DNA from: Phoronis australis
Lineage: Eukaryota > Animalia > Phoronida
DNA length: 64,000 nt
Direction of reading: 5' to 3'
NCBI GenBank assembly: GCA_002633005.1
Contig: NMRA01000267.1
Location: 150,957-214,956 of the forward strand
This document shows, piece by piece, positions 52,362-64,000 of the stretch. The notes under the pieces are model-generated. The model did no database searches. It saw only the letters and a list, made by a program, of their open reading frames with translations, and was not told the DNA's origin. A program made the position numbers and the translations under genes. Position 1 is the first letter of the stretch, and each line of letters opens with the position of its first letter.

Positions 52362-54680
52362 GTGTGTCGACCCAGGTCATGAAAATGTCCAGTTGAACAT
52401 ATTAAGGCTATGTATAAGTCACAGTAAGATGCAATATTGATACTCAGGATTATTTTATATATATGCACTCTCTCTCTCTGTCAACAGTGCACTCTCTTAA
52501 GGAGGACAGCCTGCAATTTAGCATTCTAACAGCGTTAATGTTAATGTTGCCTAGTTATTGATTTGCAGGGCTGCCAACTGCTTCATACTTTTAGGGTAAA
52601 AAAATCACTACGTACTGGTTTTCAAATGTTACGGATTTTGAAAATTATTTCTTTTGAAAGAATTAGATGAAAGTTTGAAATTGCTTTAACATTACCAGCG
52701 TATCGAAGCGCCAAATTGGCAAAGATCAAGGCTGAAATTACCCGTAAGTGGCGGAAATAATCAACCAATAAGATGTCTCCTGAGTACCAATGTATAATAA
52801 TGAATTTGCATAACAAATTTTCCTTTTGTGATTGGTCCATTGCTGTTGCTTTGTGAAGAACTGACTAATGAAAAACGTGTTTACTTATCTTCATATTGTG
52901 GGATAATGTCTGCTTTGGAAATCATGTTGTGAGCAAAATTTCGGAGACAAATTTTCTTGGGAATTAGATTGCATTTAGAAAACAGGAAAAAGAATTCACA
53001 GCGTTTCATTACACCGACTTCAGCCAGACACCTACAACTTTGGCATGGATACGGAATTACAACGTGGTAATGAGATTTGCTAGGCACTGGTGAGGTGGGA
53101 AGAAATGAACCTTGCCAACAGCAAGTTAAAATGTCAGTGTGACGAGCTGAGTTTTTTCATAATGAAATTGAAAATTGCTGTTTCGGGTTTATCACACAAT
53201 CTTTCAATTGAAATTTCGTACAATTTTGCACTTACAAATTACGTATTTTTAACTTGAAGGTTACAGTTTATGTGTGTAGTGGATTGGCAGTCCTGGATAT
53301 GGCAATGGTTGTGACAGGCTAATGAAAAAATGGAGCTAATGTTAATGTACTGAGCAGTTATAAGATGTTTTCCTAGTGTGTGGAGATGCTGTATATGTCA
53401 TTTGTTGAGAAGGACATACGGTAATTTTTTACATATTGATCACACAATGTGGTTGATATTACATGGAATGTCATGCTTTTCTAACTTCTCAGGAAATGCG
53501 AATGTTGCAAAAATCCACTTTTCACAGCTTTTGCTGTGTTGATGTAATGGTAAATTTTTTGTTATTTCCAACATGATCGCAGTCAGTTTTTGGAAGTCTT
53601 AATTGACTGCGTTCAAAACTAGTTAAGAATTATTGGCCAATAAGAGAATAAATACTTTGAAAAACGGGGACATTACCAATCATTGTGCATTCTGAACAGC
53701 ATCCGTAGTAGGCAATGCAGATTCTAATCATTTTTATGAGAACAGCATTCCCAGTTTTTATGCACAATATATTGGTCTATGAAATAGAAATTTTATTTCA
53801 TTTTTTTCATGAAAGATATAGCGAACGTAGTTAATGCTTTTCCAAGTTTTGGCTATTGTTTGTATGCGAAATTGTAGATATTTTGATTCATTTTGGATTT
53901 TATCCAAATCAAGATAAAATAAGCGAAGAAATGAAAAACATTTATTTCTTTTAGAATACACCTTTTAATGTAATATTTGTCCTTATTTTAAAGTGTACAG
54001 TTTGAGTGTCTGGTCTTATTTTTTTACATTTGCAATACTCAGAGTTAGTTTATAATTGATGAGGAAGATTATGAAAATTGGAGACTGTGCCTAATCGGGA
54101 GATATCAGTTAGCTGTCCTTTCATAATGTTCAGAACTTAACCTAATTGTTGAAGTTTAATTTCTAGGTGATGCTGTTGGCACAAAGTAGTTGTAATAGTT
54201 TTGCTATAATTGTTTTTGTTAGAGAGTTTTTCCTGTGTCTTCAGGATTTCACAGTCCATTTAGAATTGGATGTTGTCCTTCAGCGAAAGCATTCATGCAC
54301 TTTTGTAAATATTTGTACATGCAGTAGACTATATGTATAGGTTAATTGTTGAAAATGGGTTTTATTTATTTGTTGTTATATTTGCATTGCAATGCAATGT
54401 TTTTTGTATTTGTTAGATTGAGAATTTCTGTTGCCTGTTAACACTGTTCGGTGTCTTCCCTGAACTGCTTTGATGTGGTTTCACCGGCATGACCAAAACA
54501 GTACAATTCAAGTGTCCACCTTGAGTGTACCAGAAAGGAGTGCTCACAAACAACTTTTCCGCTGACCCTTATTCATTATATATGCAGTGTGAATTGACAT
54601 AGTTAGTGGATTTCAAGTTTCCAGCATCTTCATTTATATAAAGTTAATACGTATATTGAGTTCATTTGGTCATTGTGCAT

Positions 54681-54905
54681 CAGGGCTTGGAATTTCCCGC
54701 TTTTGGTTTTGATTTTCTGTTATATGATTTCCAGTTTTTGTCTCTTTTTTATTCATTATTTTGACTTTACCCATACTAAAACATTTATATCAGTTAAATT
54801 TTATAAGACAGAAATATTTCTATCACACAAGCCTTATTTATTCATGGAACAATACGTCACATGGAAAAATTTTCTCTTTTTTGTCATTGGTCATTCCAAG
54901 TTCCG
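54681..54905 (+). mobile_element. Short hAT-like MITE (same family as 28016-28505)
   Basis: CAGGGCTTGGAATTTCCCGC ... TTGTCATTGGTCATTCCAAGTTCCG. Confidence 0.65.
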
Positions 54906-57900
54906 ACTGTTAAAGGTGCAATAAACCCACACGTTGTTGTCGCCCAAGGATCTTTACATTTGTTTGCCACGGCAGGTTTGTTTCAGCTGCTGAAGATGTA
55001 GTTGTTAAAGGAATTGCAAATGTTTTGTCACCAGTTTCAGTTCACAGTGTAATGACACTGCTATGGAGTAGCAAAACACGTGTAGCCTAGGCACAGTCCA
55101 AACCTCAATTTAGGGTAATAGGAAAATAGAAGTAGGCATAGAAGTACGTCTAGGTAAACCAACAAGTCTGTGAAAATACCAGAAATTTTACTCCTTTTTG
55201 AAATCCCTATCAGCGTTAATTGGGTCAGGGTGAAGTCACGTCCTTCAAACTCAAATAAAAAAGTTAGCAGCAATGAATCTCCCTGCTGAAGCAGTCAATG
55301 GACATGGTTTTAACGTGCGTAACTAGCAGTGCTAACTCGTCGTATTAAACAACCAAAACAATGGTTTCCATCCCAAAACATGAACCAGAACCATGTTTGT
55401 CTGCATGGACCTCTAAATGGATGACCACTAGTACATGCAGTTGATACAAAAATGGTCACGTGATAGTCACATGATGAGTCAAGAGTTGTTCTGTATGTTA
55501 ACTGAAAAGCAGAAATGATGATTTGGACAAATCATTTGTTGTTTAAAAGTTGTGCAACTAGTTTTGAATAACCTGAAACCATAGATTGTAAAACACTGTG
55601 GTGAATACTTATTTTATTAATAAAATTATGAAGGAATTATCATTCTTGTCTAGCTGATGTCAGTAATGGCAATAGTAACTAACAATGGTCCTGAATTGTG
55701 AGAACCAGTTCGATGCTGGTTATTCAGTGGAGATAACTCATAATGAAGGAATCCTGTAAGAACTATTACCCAAAGAACCTACACACACAATTTACTACAG
55801 AATTTCAGTTAGTCGCTTCAATGAATTAGGTTTGCACAACACTACTTCATGTTCAATACGTGTGCCAGTTTCCAGTTCCAAGAATCAATTAAAACTGAAT
55901 TATGAAACTTGGGATGATGATCAATATTTTTAAGACAATTTTTCAAATTAAATCGACACGTTATTAGGAACTGTGTATTTCAATTTTCATTTCGAAATTG
56001 GATTTTTGAAATGTAATATTTTACCATGACTGAAAATTTTATTTCCCAGTCTAAAATTGAAAAATCAAAAATATTCCATGTATATAGTTTAATTATGATT
56101 CAGCCAGATGTGGAGCTAAATTAAATACACCCAAAACCTGGATGAGGACAATACAGTTACTCACCAACAGAGGTCAGTACAACTACACAGAAAAGGCGGG
56201 AAGACCCGGGACAGACATTGCATTTTATTGCGTAGAACGGGACAGTCGTGTTACCCGCAACGTAGTTTTATTAAGGTATGCCTGGTTGAATTATTCATAA
56301 TTTGAAAATATACAAGGGCCTGAATGAATCCCAATTTACATGACCTGAAATATTCCATGTTTCAAAGTTGCGACCATGCCACTAAGCAACCTTACAACCA
56401 ACCACAACACTGGAATTCTAAAGAATACTTCAATAGGTTGAAAAGTTGTATATCATTCGCACCTATAGTTTGTTCTCCTTCCAAGTGTCTTATCTAATGA
56501 TTTTTCCATGTCCGTGTTTTTGTGGACAGACCTATTGTCTTGTCCATTTGTAGATCGCCCGATTACTGTGTACAGCAGCATCACTAGTTGTTGGATACAT
56601 TTTGATTAGCTGTTTAGCAAACAATAACAGCTGTGAAATGAAAAAATGAGATTGAATATTTCAGGAGTCAGTCTTATTTTGAACTTAGATAGGAAATGAA
56701 CATTGTATCAATTTTTACTATTCAATTTTATTTGAACCATGAAATATAGATAACATTTCATTTTTTAACTTCAGTTTGAGCACTGACTTTTCAAATATTC
56801 AATTTCAAAATGAAACTGGAAACCTGCATACGGATCACGCTCAAGTGTAACATGAAACTAACGACTTTCAAAGACTAATTAACCAGTCAGCCTTATGACA
56901 AGCAAATGTGGCTGCTAAGTTGTACACTGATTTTCATAAGTAGCATTCGGATAAAGTAGGCAGCATGAGAAATATCAGGAGCACTCGGTCACATAAGAGG
57001 TCATAAAATTCTACGCCAACAAGTAGACATCAGCATTTATGAAGTGAATGTCACAGATAAATCTGTCTACTTCAAGACAGCGATGACAATCACTGGCCCC
57101 TTTATGGAAGGATGCACACTCGATTATAGCTTAACCCTTATCCTGCAGTTCTGAGCCTCTACTTCCCTGTGTGCTGAGCTAAGTAGGTCACCACTACTGC
57201 TCTACACTAAGCTGTTATGAAGGTCACCCAGACTAATGACCTAACAATTTTAAATTGGAAATTTGAAGGAGAAATGTTAATTTCACAGACAGGAAGCCAA
57301 CATAAAAGTTGTCCAGAATTTAATGAAGATTTTCACCATATGTAAATCTTCATCATAGCCTTAGTGAAAGTAAACTGATCCAATGTCATCCTCTCATGTC
57401 TGGCTCCAGCCATATAATGAAACTATGTGTCTACACTTACATAAACCTGCCAATATCTCCCAAACTAGTAATCACAGCCATATGTTTTAAAACAGAGAAA
57501 TGTAGAGGAAACTGTGAACTGTGGAATGGGCATGCTCACAAAACTAAACAACATCCCAGTTATCATAATCGATTGAGTATACCCAACACATTGTAATAGG
57601 ATAATTGGCATGTCGGCTGACCATGCCTGGCTGACCACACCTAGCGCAGGATAAGGGTTAAAGACATAACCAGAAATGTGTTGGCAAATCTGCTGCAGCT
57701 GTTTTTTAAATGGCATAAATAATGTGAATTTGATCACAATCCTGCCTCCACAACATACTTTTATGACCCTAGACTCGATAGTCTCAGCTACAACTGGGCG
57801 TACTACCATTCAGAAAGAGGTCCCAGATTACAAAACCCATTCCAATTGTAACATGGCCTCCAAAGTGTCTTTTTAACAGTCTATGCGCCTAAAGATGACA

Positions 57901-57926
57901 CAGTTCTTCTTTAGACGGCATTGTTC

Positions 57927-60629
57927 TCAAAGAATCTCGGCTGTCCCTCCCACCTTTTCAATTGCTGCTTTTAGTGATTCAGCCTCGTCTTTGGCAATAT
58001 CTGCCTTGAGAACTGCAGGTGCCGATTCTACAAATTTTTTAGCCTGAAAAATGCAAATAACAACAAGTGAAGTAACAGACTTCTCTTATAGGTGCAAGCA
58101 GTGTGTTTTGTATAATCTCGCACATAAGGCGTCTCGATATATATTGTTTTGTAATGGACAGGTCAAACTTCACTCATGCTATTTCAAAATTATGTTCATT
58201 AATTTCAGTTAAACATTTTGCATATAATCGCAGCTTCACATACGGGCGCAAGGGTCTAAAAACATGTTAATATGGTACAAAATCCATTCTCTCACCTGCA
58301 CCAAGTTCATGCCTTCTATTAATGATTTGATTTCCTTTATGAGGGCTACTTTCTTGGTCTCATCAAATTTCGAGAGTTTGACTGTAAATGATGTTTTCAC
58401 TTGTTCTGGTTCTACCTCCTCCTCTTCTTCCTAAAAATTAAATAAACGGAACTGAGCTAATGACACTGGTGTAACTCGAAATTCAGGGGATTTCATCTTC
58501 AGCGCTGTTGCACTTTTCAAATGCATTGTGGGACTTGCCGGCTCCTAAACATGCAGTGATACCACAGATTACTGGTTGCCATGTAAAGAATAGGACAAAA
58601 AAAACACTTTTTAACACTTGAGCAAACCCAAAATCAAAAGCATGGAATCCACTGCAGCATGATGTTGATGGGAGCACTACTAAGCAACAGTCCCATAATA
58701 CACTTCAAAACAACACAAGAGCTGCAGATAACATCCCCGAACTGACAACCTGAAAGAGATCAAATATTTTGAATGCTTTAGAGCTAAAGAACTAAATTTA
58801 AGGGACGCACGTACCTTTGCCGCAGCCACTGGCATAGCTCCCATTGCCATAACTGGTGCATCCTGAATGTTGAGTGTTTTCTGAAACATTGGGAAGAAGC
58901 TATGTATTTGATGTCCCGTGCAACTTTGCGCCTGAAAACTATGTTTTTGTTCATCTTTTCTGTTGGAACTTTTGTTTTAAACTGTGAGTTTAAGTTCCTG
59001 ATAATTACACATGGTAAAAGCATGGAGAGAGTGGAGTTCATAGATTACTTCAACAGAAAGATGCATCGCCGCTAACATTATTTATTACAGTTGTGATTTC
59101 GACTTGACCTCATTATCGTTGAGTCTTCACACGATGGATATCAGTGTTCGACATGACTAAGCATACAAGTAATCGAGAAACTACATTCAAACCTTAGTGT
59201 TATCATGTAAATTTACGCTTACTTACTAGATGAATTGAAATGNTATCAGTTAGCTGTCCTTTCATAATGTTCAGAACTTAACCTAATTGTTGAAGTTTAA
59301 TTTCTAGGTGATGCTGTTGGCACAAAGTAGTTGTAATAGTTTTGCTATAATTGTTTTTGTTAGTGAGTTTTTCCTGTCTTCAGGATTTCACAGTCCATTT
59401 AGAATTGGATGTTGTCCTTCAGCGAAAGCATTCGTGCACTTTTGTAAATATTTGTACATGCAGTATATGTATAGGTTAATTGTTGAAAATGGGTTTTATT
59501 TATTTGTTGTTATATTTGCATTGCAATGCAATGTTTTTTGTATTTGTTAGATTGAGAATTTCTGTTGCCTGTTAACACTGTTCTGTGTCTTCCCTGAACT
59601 GCTTTGGTGTGGTTTCACCGGCATGACCAAAACAGTACAATTCAAGTGTCCACCTTGAGTGTTCCAGAAAGGAGTGCTCACAAACAACTTTTCCGCTGAC
59701 CCTTAGCTGCAGATAACATCCCCGAACTGACAACCTGAAAGAGATCAAATATTTTGAATGCTTTAGAGCTAAAGAACTAAATTTAAGGGACGCACGTACC
59801 TTTGCCGCAGCCACTGGCATAGCTCCCATTGCCATAACTGGTGCATCCTGAATGTTGAGTGTTTTCTGAAACATTGGGAAGAAGCTATGTATTTGATGTC
59901 CCGTGCAACTTTGCGCCTGAAAACTATGTTTTTGTTCATCTTTTCTGTTGGAACTTTTGTTTTAAACTGTGAGTTTAAGTTCCTGATAATTACACATGGT
60001 AAAAGCATGGAGAGAGTGGAGTTCATAGATTACTTCAACAGAAAGATGCATCGCCGCTAACATTATTTATTACAGTTGTGATTTCGACTTGACCTCATTA
60101 TCGTTGAGTCTTCACACGATGGATATCAGTGTTCGACATGACTAAGCATACAAGTAATCGAGAAACTACATTCAAACCTTAGTGTTATCATGTAAATTTA
60201 CGCTTACTTACTAGATGAATTGAAATGGTCTCAAAATCATTTATAGTTTTAAAGAAGCCACACTGTGCATATCTTGAAAGAGAGCTTGAATATTTGTCAA
60301 ACGCTTCATAACCTCTCAAAAGAGACTGATTTTAAACATTTTCATAAGGAAAATGGGAAATAATTGGAATTGGACAATTTCACTATATAATAAGAGTTCT
60401 TTCCAATAACAGAAAACTGGCTTTACTTACTTTTAATAATTCATTTAAATCTGCGACCTCCAGTAGTGTGAGGCCACTGATTTCATTGACAATCTGATGC
60501 AGTTTGGGCGAGAACACCTTCTCCACTCCCTCAGGTGAGGGTGGGGCCATAGGATCAGCTGCCACATCACTATAGTGACGGAACTTTTGCAGAGTGGCAC
60601 AGCTCCACGGTGGCACCCTGTGTGTAATT
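57927..60629 (-). CDS. MRPL12: 39S ribosomal protein L12, mitochondrial (bL12m); 5'-partial, first exon not located
   Basis: Exons 60629-60431 (FSPKLHQIVNEISGLTLLEVADLNELLK), 59865-59800 (identical second copy 58880-58815; KTLNIQDAPVMAMGAMPVAAAK), 58430-58296 (FTVKLSKFDETKKVALIKEIK...MNLVQ), 58043-57927 (AKKFVESAPAVLKADIAKDEAESLKAAIEKVGG*). These are L7/L12 N- and C-terminal domain signatures. Confidence 0.92.
59244..60227. repeat. Composite duplicate: 59244-59705 copies 54103-54571, and 59705-60227 copies 58720-59242
   Basis: Starts immediately after the N at 59243. It contains a second identical copy of the 66-nt MRPL12 exon. Confidence 0.9.
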
Positions 60630-61752
60630 CTGAAACAAGAGCAAAGTAAACCTTTGGCAAAACATGGTTCAAATCATGTTGTTTTCCACTCATTATTCTC
60701 CTTTGTGCTATGGTAATTCTCCACTTATTTTGCACAAAAATAAACACGCCAGAATTGCCACTCTTCAAAGAAAAATTACTTTGTCACAAAACGTTTTATG
60801 ACATCTACAAGGTACAAACTTCTGGTAATAGACCAAAATTTTCTTACTCTTCATGTTTGTGAACTTATATTACTTTCAATGTGCTCAAGAAATGTGCAGC
60901 TGTGTGTATAAATGCGTAATCATCTATGAGCCAACACTGAGGGGGAAGCACGTGCATATTGACCAGAAACTTTAAAAACCTAATTTTTTTAACTAGAAGT
61001 GCTATCATACTAGGGTTAGCTACTAACATATGACCATAGCTAATATAATTATGGCACTTACAAAATTACTTTCTTAAGCTTTCATTTCTGGTTCTATGCA
61101 TATCAGAGTACTCGCTCAATTGAGGAAAAGATGCCTGTGCCTTCTGAGAGACGAATTCTTGTTTGGGTGAGTAAGAAAATTACCTCCCACCCCTGATCAC
61201 CGCCCAAATGCCTCCTCCTCATCGAATCTGCCTCAAGTACCCAAACCTGATGTTTTGTGATAATTTTCAAATGGGTGCCTTATACACTGGATAGTGCAGG
61301 ACTGAGGCCTGTCTTTGAAAATGGATTAACTTCCACATATTATGTTTTATGCACTCTTCTTCAAAACGCTGTTGGGAATTGTTTTTGAAATTATCCACTT
61401 TTGCATGAGGGGCTGTCAAAAATAGGATTTAGATGAATTTCATGAAAATAAAATCTTTAATCAAAATGGCATAAACTGAAAATGAAATGACGATTTAGAA
61501 AACTGTAAAAGCATTTTTGAGAATCTAGAACAATAATATAGAACGAAATTTGGACATGTTATTGATACCATTATTTTGCCATATTTATAAATTTACCTTT
61601 GTTTTTTACAAATTTTACTAAACCGACACAGTCAAAAACCAAATCCTTCGGGCTATCCACTTTCAGAAAATACTTTTACTGAGATGAATACAGTTTTGTA
61701 AATATTTGGTTAAGACTTGTCGATAATGTCCTACATAAACTTTAATGGCGGC

Positions 61753-62967
61753 AACGGGCAAGGTCAGTATCAGTTGACTCTCAGATTTAGTTTGCATCCA
61801 GTGCAGTTAATAGCTCTACATGTTGATATGAGTTTCATGAGGTGACCAGCAAAACTACCTTGGTGGTGTCGAATTTCGAGGTCTATATAAAATATATATG
61901 CATCAGTTCCCAAGTCACTGCATTTTGATCCTGAACTTCATACAGCTAGCTGGCTGGCTACTTTCGACAAGGAGCTTTTAACAGGGAAGTACCATTGCCT
62001 CTGGATCTGTCCATGCCAGAGGGGTGAGCAATACATAGCCATCTAGCTAACTGTATGAATACTATCTTCAAAATACCGCTACGAACCACTGTGTGTTAAG
62101 CTCCAATAGTACGAACTTTAAAATTAGCGCGTATGTAAACAATGACGTATTGTTTGATGTTTCTTAAGACAAAAGTTCACATAATTCCATCACGAAACAC
62201 AGGTGGAGAACAGAATGTACAGGTACACCTCAAAATGCACCAGAAATCAAAACAGTTGGAGCTTGAATGAACCAATGTTTCTATTGAGATAGTGCTCAGT
62301 ATGATCCAACAATACATGCATAGCTCCCTTTATGAGGAGCCTGGGGGTGGCATTATCCTTGTCTAGGATCTGAACACCAGAGCAATCTATAGTGTGACCA
62401 GTTGTCAAGGAATGATTGAGAACAGCACTGTGTGTGTCTTTACATTGTTCTTTGACTCTGATGCTGAGAATCCTGTTCATCATTCCAATGTTAACTATTT
62501 TATCAAGTATGACATCACTACACCATTTCCTTTGTCTGGACAACAAACAACAATTTGAGGGTCATTACATAGACTTATAAAAGCTGCTAACTCATTAGAG
62601 CAGAGGCTTTGTTCTGGTAGATGTCTGTAGTTGTAGATGTAGCGATAACAGACAACCTGTACAGTCTGTTCTACACCTGTGTCACCTGACTGAATTATGT
62701 GCACTTTTTGCCTGAAGAATGGTTTATATTATAGTGAATAAAGCGAAACGTAAATCAATATGTCGTTATCTACATACTTGCTAATTTTAAATTTTGTACT
62801 CATATTTTGACCAAAAACAAATGTGATCAAGTTCCAATAGACAACGAAATTTCACATCTGGGTAGTTCTGCTTGTCACCTTGTGAACCTTATATCAACAT
62901 GTAGAGGTAATAACCGGTGGGTGTACATGCAAAATCTGGGAGTCAACCGAAACTCACCTTGTCCGTT
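61753..62967. mobile_element. Foldback/long-TIR non-autonomous DNA element containing a Penelope fragment
   Basis: Diverged inverted repeats 61753-61887 vs 62837-62967, and ~62108-62163 vs ~62745-62800. Confidence 0.65.
62247..62610 (-). mobile_element. Penelope-like retroelement remnant (DKG motif fused to GIY-YIG endonuclease C-terminus)
   Basis: ELAAFISLCNDPQIVVCCPDKGNGVVM (PLE N-terminal DKG motif) is followed, in another frame, by IGMMNRILSIRVKEQ..SAVLNHSLTTGHTID...ILDKD...LLIKGAMHV...LNRNIGSFKLQLF (GIY-YIG tail). Confidence 0.75.
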
Positions 62968-63855
62968 TAAGTGAAAAACAATCTAATTGACGTCGTTTTC
63001 TTGCATAAATCTCCGCCTTTTGTCACAAAGAAGTGTCTATCATCATTTTGAAAACAGTACGCTCCTCACATGCACATGCACCATTTCCTAAGTTCCTTGT
63101 GACATGTTTTGGGACATGACGGTAGCTTTGCAGCTGCAAAATTTGTTCTGAAATTCAGTTTGCTGGTATTAAAAAACAAGAAAATTCTAACAAAATGAAA
63201 CCAGTTCCCATAATTTTTTGTGACTTGTATGCAAACTCATGGAAGAACAGCCGATTGAAAAATCAGCGAAAAGAGAAACTAGCCAATAGGTGACGCTATA
63301 TTTCATGGCACAGAAAGATGACGCATAAGATCGCTCTACAATTTTAGCAGCAGAATCACGGTAGAACACCAATGTTTCTAACATGGGTAAATAATTAAGT
63401 TTACTCAAGGTTAAGTGTAGATTTTAACGCCACTAATTTTGTGTCAGATTTTATTTGGCCAGTTTTTTACCCATATTGGCGTAAAGCTGATTAGTATGCA
63501 GATGCGCGGCTACAAATTAGTCCCAATTTCACAAGAAAAGCGTTGTACTTACGCTGTTTAAAAGGGGACTGTAGTCAAAATAATGTTGCAGTTAATCGGT
63601 TCTAACATACAAATAAAACTCACATTTGCCTGACTTGCGTGCCAAACAAAAGCCAATTCGTATTCATGGTCAAAACACTGAATTCTGAAAGCCATCGCTG
63701 ATTGGCTGATGTGTCAGTGACGTGAACGGCGGGGTATCGGCTGCTTTGCACATTCATTGCTTATGTCATATTTGAAGAGTTTACATCGTAATTTATCATT
63801 GTATCAATCGTCCTTATTTTTTTATTGTTTGCCACAGTGCTGTAAAAGGTTCGCT

Positions 63856-64000
63856 ATGCCTTTTTGTATGGCACCTGGTTGCTCAAACTCTTCGAAAAAG
63901 GCGTCTTCTAAAGGGATGGTCATCGCATACCATCGCCGGGTTACCCAAGCCTTGGCCCAAAGCTCAGTGTATACTAGATATAGGCCTACAGGTTTAAGCC
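63856..64000 (+). mobile_element. THAP-domain-like ORF start, probably a transposon remnant; runs off the window
   Basis: MPFCMAPGCSNSSKKASSKGMVIAYHR resembles the THAP N-terminus (MPxCxxxGCxN...HR), but the expected FP...W does not follow. Confidence 0.4.

Noticed and set aside
55514-55576. Possible C/D box snoRNA (ATGATGA ... CTGA)
   Set aside because: No terminal stem, no recognisable rRNA guide, and not in an evident intron.
62950-63610. Candidate first exons of MRPL12 (donors at ~62957 and ~63552)
   Set aside because: The required phase-2 frames have stops or no ATG, and the first candidate lies within a repeat arm.

Overview
Eukaryotic, intron-rich, AT-rich animal (probably invertebrate bilaterian) genomic DNA. 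Four spliced protein-coding genes were reconstructed by hand. They are a CDR2/CDR2L-like coiled-coil gene (+, 182-3782), the RNA polymerase III subunit RPC5/POLR3E (-, 25813-6007), the lysosomal Cl-/H+ exchanger CLCN7 (+, 26069-52361) and mitochondrial ribosomal protein MRPL12 (-, 5'-partial, 60629-57927). CDR2 and POLR3E lie tail-to-tail, as in human 16p12. POLR3E and CLCN7 lie head-to-head with only 255 bp between their start codons, and that spacer contains paired M-box/CLEAR-like motifs. CLCN7 has a U12-type (minor spliceosome) intron. The introns hold many non-autonomous DNA transposons (Kolobok-like, Tc1/mariner-like, hAT-like, Helentron/HINE-like), retroelement fragments (CR1, RTE-X-like, Penelope) and minisatellites. 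The HINE-like element carries arrays of CTCF-like motifs, and some of the tandem repeats derive from intron/exon junctions. Two exon-containing duplications start exactly at single-N positions and are probably haplotype or assembly artefacts. Most ORFs in the supplied track are spurious. I found no clearly new multi-gene system, so the findings are hypotheses to test.
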